In this document: positions 9,823 to 21,537 of the stretch, piece after piece | Position numbering within the stretch: the stretch's first letter is position 1 | How the letters are laid out: each line of letters begins with the position of its first letter | From: Octopus sinensis | Taxonomy: Eukaryota | Assembly: GCF_006345805.1 (NCBI RefSeq) | Contig: NC_043001.1 | Span: 99,820,001 to 99,853,000 of the forward strand | Direction: 5' to 3' | DNA length: 33,000 bases | Program-made: the position numbers and the translations under genes | Notes under the pieces: generated by a model | Told to the model about the DNA's origin: nothing | Databases searched by the model: none | What the model saw: the letters and a program-made list of their open reading frames with translations, nothing else

Positions 9823-10040
9823 GGTGGTAAGCTGGCAGAATCGTTAGCATGCTGGGCAAAATTCTTTGTGGCACGTTGTCTATTGTTACATTCTGAATTC
9901 AAATTCTTTCCAAGGTCAACTTTGCTTTCATCCTTTTAGGGTTGGTAAAATAAGTACCAATTGAGCACCGGGTTTGATGTAATTGACTTAATCCCTCCAC
10001 TAAAATTGCTGGCCTTGTGCCAAAATTTGAAACTAACATT
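9823..10040 (+). mobile_element. tRNA-derived SINE, near full length
   Basis: A-box TGGCAGAATCG and B-box-like GAATTCAAATTC. Central CTTTCATCCTTTTAGGGTTGGTAAAATAAGTACCA block, which I recall as resembling the Meta-SINE central domain (needs checking). Other copies at 6835, 8437 and 26960. Confidence 0.85.
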
Positions 10041-10594
10041 ACATTTAATTGAATAGGAGAAAACAATTTAAGGATCATGAAAACAGTTCCAACTAAACTT
10101 CAATATAGTTGTTTTTTGGTGTTAGCTGTTCTTGTGCACTTGCTGCTCTGAAGGTTTAAGTCATGTCTCAGAGATTCTAAAATATTCTTTATGTAACTTT
10201 TTTCCCTATTTAAACAGTATTGAAATCCTACCAATTCATTCCTGTGCTTTGGACAAAAAAAAAAAAAAGGAAGCCTTCCACAATGCTGGGAGATTTGAAA
10301 CTTTAATGTTGACCACATGCAAATTTGGGCCCTTTGGTATTGCTTTAATGATTCTAATGAAGAAGAGAGAGCCAGAACAAAATTTGCAAAGCAATACTTG
10401 TACTTAATTATTTCTTCTACTATCGTATACCTTCATCTGTTACAGCATCTCTCTCTCTCTCTCTCTTTATATATATATATATGCAATTACACAATTACAC
10501 CCATAACACTGTTTTTGCATGAGAATTGGACTGGACTAGAAATCTTTAGTATACACACAAACACATATTTATATAAATGTAGTTCACTACAAAC

Positions 10595-11000
10595 CAGGGA
10601 CATACCACCTGGGTAGGCAAGGTAAGCAGTGCCTACCCTGAATAAAATAGATTGATAGCAACATTTTCCTTTTATGGCAAAATATGCACATAATCCAATA
10701 AAACTATGAAGGTCACTCTGATTACTCTGCATAAAATGCAAGATATTTCATTTTTTCGTAGATTAGGTAGGCATAATTCGCCCCTGACTTTCAGTCTCAG
10801 TATTAAAGCTATGCATAGCACTGCTGTAGCACACATGCTGCATACATTCCTACAACAACGTTTTCCTTACATACTATAAAAGTAGAAGTAAATCTGCGTC
10901 CAACTCAGGCACACACCTATGCTTCACTTAGTTTTTTGTGTTTTACCACAAAAATTTCACCAGCTGCCTACCCCGAGTAATTACTGATGGTATGTGCCTG
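10595..11000. mobile_element. hAT-superfamily MITE (406 bp)
   Basis: 13-bp TIRs CAGGGACATACCA / TGGTATGTGCCTG (1 mismatch). Exact 8-bp TSD CTACAAAC at 10587-10594 and 11001-11008. Repeated subterminal GGTAGGCA/TGCCTACC motifs. Confidence 0.9.
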
Positions 11001-12159
11001 CTACAAACGTTATCATTCATTCATTATTCCTCATTATTCATTTTTATAAATAGTTTTGAAATAATTGATAAACAAACTTTAGGAAGAGGATAGGTTAACT
11101 GATGACAAAAACATTTCCATACAAGAAAACCATGATAGTAAAAAATTACAACATAATATAATGATATAGAATTGCAAAGTGGCATTTGTAACTGGAATTG
11201 CAATTGAGCACAATAGAAAAAAAACATGAAATATAGGATATATATCTCTCAAAAGTGCTTATCCCCAGCATTAAAATTTTTACATTAATCAGTAAAAACA
11301 AAGATTTTCTATTATTTCTTGATTCCTTTTCTTTTCTGGACTTGTTTATTGTGGCCAGACAACCAGCAACATCCTCAAATGATTTGATGACTCTTTAAAG
11401 TAAGCATTCAATCACAAATGCAATGCTATTGGGTTGAAGACAAAGACATCAGAGTCAAATAGCATATCTGCAGCAAAAATTGTTCACTTTTTACTAAATC
11501 TTTGCCTAATATGAAAATCAATTTTATTATACTTAAGAATGGAAGTTGGAAATGATTATCAACTTCGCAACAATGTGGTCAACATTCAATTGCAAAGAGA
11601 ATGGAATTGTCATTGGGACTACAAATGAAGAGGGGAATTAATTTTTGCAATGTAGAATTATGTATTGTTGCACAGACAACATGTGCCAAAGTTAGCTATT
11701 ATTATAGTTGTTATCAGAACTTCTGTAACAACAACAAAAAAAGAATGAAATAGGTAAAAAAAAACTCAGAAATAGCTGTGTATAAAAATCTAATTTATAA
11801 GCTTAAAATGTATATTCTGTTTTGATGGCTGTGCTCAGTTATCTTGGACATATCATTACTGCTGTATTGGCTTGGCAGTGAGTTAACATTGCATAATAAT
11901 TTTTCAGTCACTCAAATTTGAGTTTGAATAGTGAAGTAAGGATGTTTATTTACTTATTTATAAAATAAACATGATGTGAATACATAGTAAAATAAAATTA
12001 AAAACATTGAAAAAATTTTTAATCTTTGTGATTAAAAATAAAAAAACAAGCTCAGGGTTTTATGCATTTTCTTTTAAAGAAATTTATCTGGGCACATTGA
12101 ATTGCTTTCCTTAACCCCCTCTTCATTTTGACAGAAATATAGTTAGCACATAACATAGT

Positions 12160-12600
12160 GACTGTAATAGTTTTTGTGGAACCACAAAGAAATTGTGAGG
12201 ACATGGTTCACATGTAGACGAAGAATTTCCTCCAGTCAAAGACTCTCTTGTGGAGCACATAATGTATGTTAATTACCAGGCAGGTATATTTCTCTATTAT
12301 TTAGAATAAATAGAAGTCACTTCCCCAGAGGAAATGAGATGAAAGGTTGAGGAAGTTTACAGTCTTGGAAATTTTCAAATTTTTTGGTGCAGCCTTGCAC
12401 CAACTCTACATGGCACTCTGGCACTCACATCGGCAGCTGCATGAATGACAATTGTGGATATGAGCTAAATCTGCAAGTGCAAATATCTTCACAAGCATCA
12501 TGCTATAGTGATATTAAAATGGAAGGACAGAACTGTGTAAATGCTTGAGGTGCAAGAATATAACAGATGAAGCTGTTGTGTCAGATAATGAGAAATGAAA
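12160..12600 (+). mobile_element. Academ-like DNA transposon C-terminal remnant (pseudogene)
   Basis: From 12217: DEEFPPVKDSLVEHIMYVNYQAGIF..LE*IEVTSPEEMR*KV..QIFW, then Cys-rich CKCK and TELCKCLRCKN after frameshifts. Matches the LPPTxxALxxHxxRANYQAxIW + Cys-cluster signature I associate with XPG-domain Academ proteins; the superfamily assignment is from memory. Confidence 0.65.
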
Positions 12601-13261
12601 CTCTGAAGACAAATGGTGAAAACCATGTAAATGCAATGAATAAAACAATCTGAACGTCAAAACCAAAAAGAATGAAAAGCATCCCTTGAATATATAAAGA
12701 AAGAAGCATAAAATTGGCCGATATCATCGAACTAATATGTACTTGACATATTATCCATTATGACATTTCTTTTTTCATAAACTATAGATTGAAAATATCT
12801 TAAATACTCTCTACTTTGCACCAGAGGCTTAACCAATGGTTATTCACAGATTAATTGGCATAAATTATTTGATTAGCCTGAAAAGTCAGCATTATGTAAA
12901 TTCTTAGTTGACGTAATATTAGCTAATATGTATTTTCTTCAATTGCATATCAAAAAATTACTGTGTGCCAAGTCATATAGGGAGATGTTGAAATTAATGG
13001 TCAGGTATATATATTTATCCAGTCTACAATATTCGGTGGTTCTCACAGCTGTTGTATGAAAATTTGGAAATAAACATGCAAAAGGCACATGACTTGAAAT
13101 AGCCAAGGAAACAGAGATAAGAACATGACATCTAAGTGATGAAAACTGTAAACAAAAGCAAAAGAAATAACATGTAACTGATCTGACCTTTTAATAGGTG
13201 TCTACCTATTTAAAACTCTTCAGATACTCTGCAAACTATAACTTGATGAAATAACTTGGAA

Positions 13262-13300
13262 ACTTACCTGAAAAAGAAAATAAAGTAACATTAGAAGTCA
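13262..13300 (-). promoter_or_regulatory. Juxtaposed 3' and 5' splice signals (candidate recursive splice site or strong exon boundary)
   Basis: Minus strand TGACTT-CTAAT-GTTACTTTATTTTCTTTTT-CAG|GTAAGT. Junction between 13268 and 13267. Confidence 0.45.
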
Positions 13301-14322
13301 GCTATAAAGAGACACTGGCAAAATGTAATATTTAAGAAACTTTAACGGCAACAATATTTTCAATAAAAGTTTATTAATAGAATAGTTTCTTATACCATGG
13401 TAAAAAAAAAAGTTATTATTTTTGGTGGGAATAATGGTAAATTCTATTTTTGTTTTGTCATTTTGGAGATGTGTATTGCTGAAATAAGACGCTGGTAAAC
13501 TATTTAACTTAAAATGACAGTATGAGCTCAAGAAATGCAGCTAATGTTGAAAGGAGTTTGGGACTTAATTATGTTTGCTGGCCAACATACTAACAAAATA
13601 AATATCTTCTAGAGAAATTTTGTGGTTTTGAAAGTTATAAAAAATTATAGCAAGACAAATGAAAAATTCTTTTTGTGAATAATGTCTGGCCCTTGGAAAT
13701 GTGCACTAATTTCTTTCTGAAATATAATAAATATAATTTCATTTTAAAACTACAGAGATGGACTTAAATTAATTCAAGAGATGAAAGTTTTAAGTCTATT
13801 TAAGATGTGTGTGTGTGTGTGATTTGTCAATGTCAAAACAAAATATGAATTCAATTGAAAGACACTCAGAACATTAACAATCTGATGCAGAAACAGTAAG
13901 GAAATTAAAGTTATTAGTTTTCCATTCAAGAGTAATCTGTTTCAAACTCTTCTGGGATGTATTTCAAAACTGAACATACAATCTATCATTTATTACCTCT
14001 TAAACTTTTTAATGAATCCTTTTTATAAGTTTTCATTTTCATTTTTTTCTCCTCAAAATTTTAATATTCCTATTAAATCAGTTATTACAAAACTTATGTT
14101 AAAGAATTCACTCTTCTAACTTCAAATTATATGCATAATGTGAAGTATAGATTTTTTTTCATTGAAATTAAATTTCAGTTTTCAAATCTTTTAGGCAGAT
14201 TTGCTTCAAACTGCACGAGATTGAGTTGTCAATATTCTGATTTCAAACACTGCATTTAATTTCCTTTTTTTTTTTTTTCCAAGTTGTTTAATTTCCAATA
14301 ATCCCCAATTGAATAGACTTAC

Positions 14323-14488
14323 AATCAAAGACATACTAGCTATGACCTTTCCATCATTTTGTTTCAGAAATAGTCTATCTAGAATCATTCTCCAATGATG
14401 TTCATTTTTAATGATAAGTGTAAGCAGTGACTTGAGGAAGACCTGACTGCTGTTTAACATTTTCACAACCAGCACATAGGCTTGTGCC
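14323..14488 (-). CDS. Candidate 166-nt exon, unidentified
   Basis: Open frame AQAYVLVVKMLNSSQVFLKSLLTLIIKNEHHWRMILDRLFLKQNDGKVIASMSLI ends exactly at GTAAGT. Acceptor (ccactttgaAG) is only moderate. Confidence 0.3.
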
Positions 14489-14964
14489 CTTCAAAGTGGA
14501 TGGAGTATCAGTGATAAAGTTGGTCAATTAGAGAACATCAATTCATAAATTTGATCTTGTATTACAAAAAACTGCAAGTTGCAAATAGGAATCTGAACTG
14601 ACTGAAAATTTGTGAAAGTATGTTTTTTTGAAATAGCTAATAAAATATAATGTAGCCCAGAGGTAAAATTGCTCAAATGATGTATATTAACAATAAGCAT
14701 TACATTTTTATATGTAAAACCTCAAAGGTTTATATATTTATGGAATGTCTATTGATCTCTGCATTTTTTTACTTTCACTTCACTGATAGCTACTAAACAC
14801 TCACACACACACTAAAAAAATTCCACTACAATCATTTCTACTCTTGGTTGAAATGATCGTTGAACAAACATTTATATAAAAAAAAATATGCAACTTTTCA
14901 CTTGTATAGAATACTGCATATTACAGTAATTCACTTTCATAGAACCAATTTCAATGAAGTAAAT

Positions 14965-15014
14965 ACTGTGTGTGTGTGTTTGTGTGTCTGTGTGTGTGTG
15001 TGTGTGCACGCACA

Positions 15015-15058
<44 letters not shown>
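14965..15058. repeat. (TG)n-(TA)n compound microsatellite
   Basis: Direct reading. Confidence 0.95.
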
Positions 15059-15059
<1 letters not shown>

Positions 15060-15063
15060 CACT

Positions 15064-15195
15064 CATCATTTAACGCCTGTTTTCCAAGCTGATATGGGTT
15101 GGATGGCTTGACAGAATCCAGTGAACTGCAGAACTGCATCAGGCCCCAATGTCAGCTTTGGCATGGTTTCTATGACTTCATGTTCTTCCTAATAC
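15064..15195 (-). mobile_element. Short RTE-family 3' tail fragment
   Basis: CATCATTTAACGCCTGTTTTCCAAGCTGATATGGGTTGGA.. is the reverse complement of the recurrent tail. Confidence 0.7.
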
Positions 15196-15533
15196 TTAAA
15201 ACACACATAGACTTATTTTGGACATCCACATGATATTTTCTACAAAGTCTGTACCAGGCCTTCCTACCCTGAATTTCCTGGAATCCTTAGAGTTTCTTCT
15301 ACTTACAAATTCCTATGTGTTTCAAATGAAACAAAGATATTTTGATGCCCAGAATATTTTTACACAAATGTTACCTTCCTTTCTTGCGAACATTTTCTCC
15401 AGATGGTGACTGTCATCATACACTATAATTTGTTCAAGTATTCTTTCGGGCTTTACACACACACAAACACACACACACACACACAGAGGTATGGCCCATA
15501 AGTTTTTTTTCTACTACACCAATTCTGACAAGG

Positions 15534-16135
15534 TATCATCATCATCATCATCATTTAACGTCCGTTGTCCATGCTGTCATGAGTTGGATGGTTTGACCAA
15601 GCTGGCATGCTGGAAGGCTGCACCAGACTCCAGTCTGATTTGGCATGCTTTTCTACTGCTGGATTCCCTTTAAAACACCAACCACTCTGAGAGTGAAATG
15701 GGCGCTTTTACATTCCACTGCCACAGGTGCCATTTGCATGACATCAGGGTGCTTTTGCATGCCACCAGCACAGGTACCAATTTACATGACACCAGTATCT
15801 GTCATGATTGCAATTTTGCTTGGCTTGATGGGTCTCAAGCACGATATAATGCCAAAGGTCTTGGCCATTGCCTCTGTGAGGCCCAATACTCAAAAGGAAC
15901 TCAGCCACTTTGCCTCCGTGAGGCCTAACACTTGTTCCATGCCTTCCTGGGTCTACCTCTACTGCAGGTTCACTCCACAGAGACTGGCACTTCTTTACAC
16001 AGCTGTCCCTGTCCATACACATCACATGACCCTACCAGCACAGTCATCTCTTTTGCACACCACATCTGATGCCTCTTATGCCTGACTTTTCTCTCAAGAT
16101 ACTTACACTCAGTCGAACATGCACACTGACATTGT
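15534..16135 (-). mobile_element. RTE-clade LINE 3' fragment (end of ORF2 + 3'UTR + (ATG)n tail)
   Basis: Minus translation NVSVHVRLSVSILREKSGIRGIRCGVQKR*LCW*GHVMCMDRDSCVKKC..RGRPRKAW. Same family as 22860-23975. Confidence 0.9.
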
Positions 16136-16229
16136 AAGTTTATAGAATTAATTTCCTTTCATTGAGATCTTATATTTATGAATAACTCTAACAAAAATAG
16201 GTAACAAATAAGGAAACTAAACTGCTTAG

Positions 16230-17090
16230 AAGTCACATCTATTGCACTTCCATTTCTGTTAAAGATATATTTTAACAAAACATCTTTTTTACTTATGCAA
16301 TTTTTAAGACTTAGGATAATGAATAATGTGTCAGCCCCATGTGAATGTAATGAAACATGGGGACACACACAAAATTTTATGCACCACATGCAATTCTCGG
16401 GAGACAACCAGAAAGATAAGATTCGAGTATAGAGGGGAGCCAGAAAGAAATTAGATAACATCAAATATAATGATACCAGTGGTATCCATCTTAGATACCA
16501 AAGTAAAAACTGGAATAATATACAGAGGATTTGTGCCAAAGCAGACAGAGTGAACCCATGGTACAAGGCTGGTAAATATCAAAGAGTGATGCTTGTAGAT
16601 GCCACACCTCATGGGGAATTAGCCTGTAGGTTTAGGAAGGTGCTGAAGAACACCAAACTCAACATTAAGATTGTTGAGAAGCCGGGGAGCTCCATCAGAT
16701 CACAATTATGTAGGATGTACCCCTTTGAAAATACTACATGTACTAATGAGAACTGTGTGGTATGTAACATTAATCCCAGTATTAACTGTAAAAGTAGCAA
16801 CATAGTCTACAACATAAGGTGAATGGAAAGGAGTTTGTATGGACAGACACATGGCAAGCATTAGGGAGATGTCTAGGAGCTTAGTGGGGAGGCTAAATGC
16901 CACTGGAGAGAGTATAATGACAAGAAACAGTCAGCCATACTCTATCAACATGCCAAAGACCAGCATGGTGGTACACTGGGCCAAAGTGACATCTGCATTT
17001 GGTCCAAACACCCAAAGGAACCATCACTTAGACAGATACAAGTGTACGTCCTCATAAACGAAATATTATCTATACAAAAAAGGAAATACA
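16230..17090 (+). mobile_element. Penelope-like element (Neptune-type) pseudogene fragment: RT thumb, Cys-rich linker, GIY-YIG endonuclease
   Basis: One frame 16313-16822 with a single stop (16430): RIMNNVSAPC..FMHHMQFSG..WYKAGKYQRVMLVDATPHGELA..IKIVEKPGSSIRSQL..PF..CTNENCVVC..NCKSSNIVYNIR. After frameshifts: IREMSRSLVGRL (IGETxRxLxxRL) and LYQHAKDQH..KHPKEPSLRQI. Confidence 0.85.
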
Positions 17091-17181
17091 CATAGGAGGT
17101 AGAGATACCTCAATGTCATGGGTACCATCCATGCAGCATACCTACATAAGTACATTTATAAGCAGCCAATCAAATAGGTGT

Positions 17182-17491
17182 GGAGGCACAATGGTCCAAT
17201 GGTTAGGGCAGCGGGCTTGCGGTCGGAGGATCGTGGTTTCAATTTCCAGACCGGGTGTTGTATGTGTTTATTGAGAGAGAACACCTAAAGCTCCACGAGA
17301 CTCCTGCAGGGGGTGGTGGCGACCCCTGTTGTACACTTTCACCCCAACTTTCTCACACTCTTTCTTCCTGTTTCTTGAGTAATGCTGCGATGGACTAGCA
17401 TCCCGTCCAGCTGGGGGGAACACATACACCATAGAAACTGGGAAACCAGGCCCATGAGCCTGGCTAGGCTTGAAAAGGGCGCATAAAAAAA
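17182..17491 (+). mobile_element. tRNA-derived SINE, second family (V-SINE-like box)
   Basis: A-box TGGTCCAATGGTTAGG and B-box-like GGTTTCAATTTCC. Internal GCGATGGACTAGCATCCCGTCCAG, which I recall as V-domain-like. A-rich end. Confidence 0.8.
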
Positions 17492-17790
17492 CAATAAGAA
17501 TCAAATAGGTAAATAGGTAGGTAGGTAAATTATTCTTTTTCTAATTCTGTTGTTCCTCCTTTTCACCACCATGTAATCAAGGTATTTGGAGACAGTGATG
17601 GTTGACTGCTCAACCTCATTAATGTGTCTATCTAGGAGCATAAGATTATCTTTGATTCTATTTGCTTGAACAGCCTGTTTGATTGTCAAGCTGGTGGGAA
17701 AGCAAAATAAACTTAGTCAAGTACTTCACCCCCTTGTTATCCTAGATATAGAATTAGCAACCACTTGGAATCCTGCAATTATGAAATCTT

Positions 17791-18240
17791 ACATCATCAT
17801 CATCATCATTGTTTAACGTCTGCTTTCCATGCTAGCATGGGTTGGACAATTTTGACTGAGGACTGGTGAACCAGATGGCTGCACCAGGCTCCAATCTGAT
17901 CTGGCAGAGTTTAGACAGCTGGATGCCCTTCCTAACACCAACCACTCCGAGAGTGTAGTGGGTGCTTTTACATGCCACCGGCATGAAGGTCAGTTTGGTG
18001 GTACTGGCAACAGCCATGCTCAAATGGTGCTTTTTATGTGCCACCTGCACAGGAGCCAGTCCAGCAGCATTGGCAACGACCTCGCTCGAATGCTTTTTCA
18101 CGTGCCACCAGCACAAGTGCCAGTAAAGTGATGCTAGTAACAATCACGCTTGAATGGTGCTTTTTATGTGCCACCAGCACGAAAGCCAGCTAGCTGCTCT
18201 GGCAACAATCACGCTCGTATGGTACTCTTAGCGCTCCACT
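17791..18240 (-). mobile_element. RTE-family 3'UTR copy with about 4 internal ~60-bp tandem units
   Basis: (CAT)n tail, palindrome CCATGCTAGCATGG at 17827-17840, repeated TGCTTTTT..GTGCCACC units. Confidence 0.85.
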
Positions 18241-18673
18241 ACACACCTCAATAATATCTGTCTAAGTTTGTTGTAAGATTCTATTATTTTACTTCTATAT
18301 CTTAAATGAATAAACTTCACGTTTTCCCTTAGTGAAAACCAGTGTAACCTGTATGTTGGATAAACATTTATGAAACTAATCTTTTTGCTCCAAAACATAT
18401 TTTTTAACTTGGTGGTATTTTTAAATATGTTCTAAACACGTTCTTATATACAAAATTTGAGAAAAAAATCCAACAACCTATTTTTAACACAAAATTTAAT
18501 ATATTGTGACACAAACAGCTCTACATACATTTTTCTTGGACTCTAGGCTGAAAATTTTGTTATTTCCCATGAAGAGATAGTGACATAGAGCACACTCACC
18601 ACAAAAACAAAACAAACAAAAATGCTTGTCTTAATAAAAAATAAAAGATGACCCATTTATAGCCTACTCTTAC

Positions 18674-18704
18674 CTACAGAAAGATTGGAATGTTCCAGGA
18701 TTTG
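18674..18704 (-). CDS. Candidate 31-nt exon, unidentified gene
   Basis: Strong acceptor ctcttatttctcatttttgttcatacAG and donor AG|GTAAGA. Open as QILEHSNLSV or NPGTFQSFC. Confidence 0.45.
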
Positions 18705-19057
18705 CTGTATGAACAAAAATGAGAAATAAGAGTTTGGTTAATTCCTCTATAGTTTGGCGGGGGGGGGGTGAAATATGAACAGACAAATTTAAGGAGATTG
18801 TATATCAAGTATTTTAGTTAACTATTAGCTGGTAATCAATTTATTATTCCTGTTAATTTGTTAATTGTTTGTTTCCTCTGATAATTATCTTCCCGGTTTT
18901 GTTCATATTTCCTCCACTGCTTCACATGAATTCCTGCTGATGGTGGTACCATCTTGCCTTACTCATTCACTTTTGAATGAAGCTGATGGGTACCAATTTT
19001 ATTCACTGAATCAGTTCTTTTAAAATATTAAAAAGATTTAAATTTAAATATAAACAT

Positions 19058-19420
19058 AGGTGCAAGCATGGCAGTGTGGTAAGAAGTTTGCTTTCCTTTC
19101 ACATGGTTCTCGGTTCAGTCCTACTGCATGGCACTTTGGGCAAGTGTCTTCTACTATGGCTCCAGATTGATCAAAGCTTTGTGAGTGGATCTGGCAGTCA
19201 GAAACTGAAAGAAACCCTTAAAACTTTGCCAAAACTGAACTTGCCTGTGCTTGTGCCACATAAAAGCACAAAGTCCACTCTGCTGAGTGGTTGGTGTTAG
19301 GAAGGGTATCCAGCTATAAAAAAAAGCCTGCCATAGAATAAGTAGCAGACTTTGGGGTCCCTTTGTTCAACTAAATCCTTCGAAGTGGTGCCCCAGCATG
19401 ACCACATTTTAAACATATAA
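19058..19420 (+). mobile_element. CORE-type tRNA SINE with an RTE-like 3' block
   Basis: tRNA-like head (TGGCAGTGTGGTAAG..GGTTCAGTCC) and CORE-like ACTTTGGGCAAGTGTCTT. 3' part shares GAGTGGTTGGTGTTAGGAAGGG with the RTE tails. Confidence 0.75.
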
Positions 19421-21473
19421 GAATAAAGCATGTTAAAGATGAACATTGTTTCTTGAGTTGTGAACAGACAGGAGAAACAAATGCAACAAATACTCATTTC
19501 CTACTCTCAGACTGTAGGGAAAACTGTTTTTATAAAACTATTGAATTCATAAGAATTATTTGAGTTGCTGTTATTCTGTATCAAGATTTATTTCAAATAC
19601 TAAATCAACAAATGAAACAAATTCTTCATTATAAACAAAGTAATAAACATATCTTTAAAAAAATATTTGGAAATCAATAAACAAAATTGACAATACAGAA
19701 CATTTATTTTAGTCTGAAAACTGAAATAAATATTTAGCTTGTTCAGACATAAATATTACTCAGAAATTATATACAGTTAGATTTTGTGATGTACAATCTT
19801 TCAAATAACTATCACAGTTTTCAGGAAGACCACAGTAATATATCTTGTTAATGACATTGTAACCAATTTCACAGGTATTCCTCATAAACTCATGCATTCA
19901 CAGAGATAGCGATAAGCTTGAATATTAGTAAACTAATACTCTATAGAGGTCTTAAACTTCCAAAAGTGTGAAGGAAGTAATCTTTATCAGTATATAAGAG
20001 GACAAAAGATAATTACTCAATGCTGTAGAATCAATATAGAACAAGTAAATATATACACAAAACAAAGAAATCATTATGATTTTTATACTAAACTAAGCGG
20101 AGTTGGGTGTGTTGAATGAATTTTGTGTATTAGTGAATAGACAAAGCAACCAGGTAACCCAAACTGCTGAATAACAGATTCTAAAAATGTGAGAACAGGT
20201 ATAGATGCATCATGTATACCATCAATATACTGAATATAATGTCATTAACTGGTGGTAGACTAGACTTACGGAAAGTGGAAAACAAGACAGATTTTGTTTC
20301 TTTGTGTTTACATCACCAAATTCTTATCAGTCGTACATAAGAAAGATGAAGTCACAAATAAATTTAGAAAGTTTCCATAACACAATTGCAAAATTTTATA
20401 TTCATCTTTTATCATAACAAAACTATCATTTCTTGAGCAACTTGCATGCAGGCATACACTTTGAATATTGCTGTATTTGTCATGGATGCAAGAGAGCAAA
20501 TCATATTGAAAGAAATAATCTTCATAGTTTTCATAAAAGTGAATAAAAGATTCATGTTTAGATGAAAGTTTAAAAAACTAAGTAATCATGAATACAGACA
20601 CACATACACACACAATTGCCTTTATGAAAATAAACATATAATGTATTAAGTACAGCATGAAATATATGAAATATCTATCTAACTATCCATATATGTATAT
20701 ATTTTTTTCTTTTGCTATAAAGCCATAACTAGGCACATAAAAACATAGATTGCTAAATAAATTGGCAGAAAGGTAAATTGATTTATATGTTGAGAGAAAG
20801 CTTGGATCGAGAAAATATAAGCAGCTATTAGTCTCAGGTGAGTTTTATTTTTAAATAACAATGCCTGTATAAATGTCTTACTCAAGAAAACAGTAAAAAA
20901 CAAAACAAAACAAAAAAAAAACCTTTATGGGCAAAATATGGAAGTCGATAGCTCTGACAAAGCTTTCCTACTGGAAAGAAGGACCAATAATCAATATTTC
21001 TATTCTAAAGTGTTCAGTGGACCAACTGCTTCCTGTAAAGTTGCTTGGCAATGGCAAAACAAGTAAAACAACTGCTGGTCCCTTTCAAGAAATCCATTCA
21101 TAAGAAATAATGAACATGCCATCTGTGAGATGTCTTCCACTTAATGATTAAAGTTAGACTTTAGACCACAATTGCAGGAATTTAACACTCATAAATAGGA
21201 GAAAAGTTTATCAACTTCATTATTGATTCCATTTCATCCTCCACATTAATGGCACTAACCGCTTATTCCACCCTCTCCTTATTTAAGATGACAGAATGTA
21301 ATAAAAAGAATTTAGCTACTATTTTAAGTAAAGTAACCATTATGTTGCTCTTGTTTATCTCCATGCCAGTCACAATATTTCAGTCATAATCCGTTTACTT
21401 TCATGTATTTATATCAAGAACTACATTATATCATGCGTCCTTCCTTTTTCAAGACAGTAAGGCATATTCTCAC

Positions 21474-21537
21474 CTGTTGAAATACAGCATATTTGTGTGC
21501 CTTATACAGTTTATAGGTGTGCCAAAGAATTTTGAGG
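21474..21537 (-). CDS. Candidate 64-nt exon, unidentified gene
   Basis: Acceptor ttctctgtgcattttcaaatAG and donor CAG|GTGAGA. Two frames are open: LKILWHTYKLYKAHKYAVFQQ and SKFFGTPINCIRHTNMLYFN. Confidence 0.4.

Noticed and set aside
12429-12470. Minus-strand AG..GTGAGT exon-like interval
   Set aside because: It lies inside the plus-strand Academ-like coding remnant, which already explains the sequence.
17182-17255. tRNA-like sequences (also 9823-9905, 19058-19125)
   Set aside because: These are SINE heads: A/B boxes are present, but there is no complete cloverleaf and they run into SINE bodies.
17960-18240. Regularly spaced ~60-bp repeats superficially like a CRISPR array
   Set aside because: The context is eukaryotic, the units are degenerate tandem copies without unique spacers, and they belong to an RTE 3'UTR.
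21474-21537. SKFFGTPINCI resembling the innexin QYxGxPIxC motif
   Set aside because: The preceding residues are not a transmembrane helix and no other innexin exon is visible, so no gene symbol was assigned.
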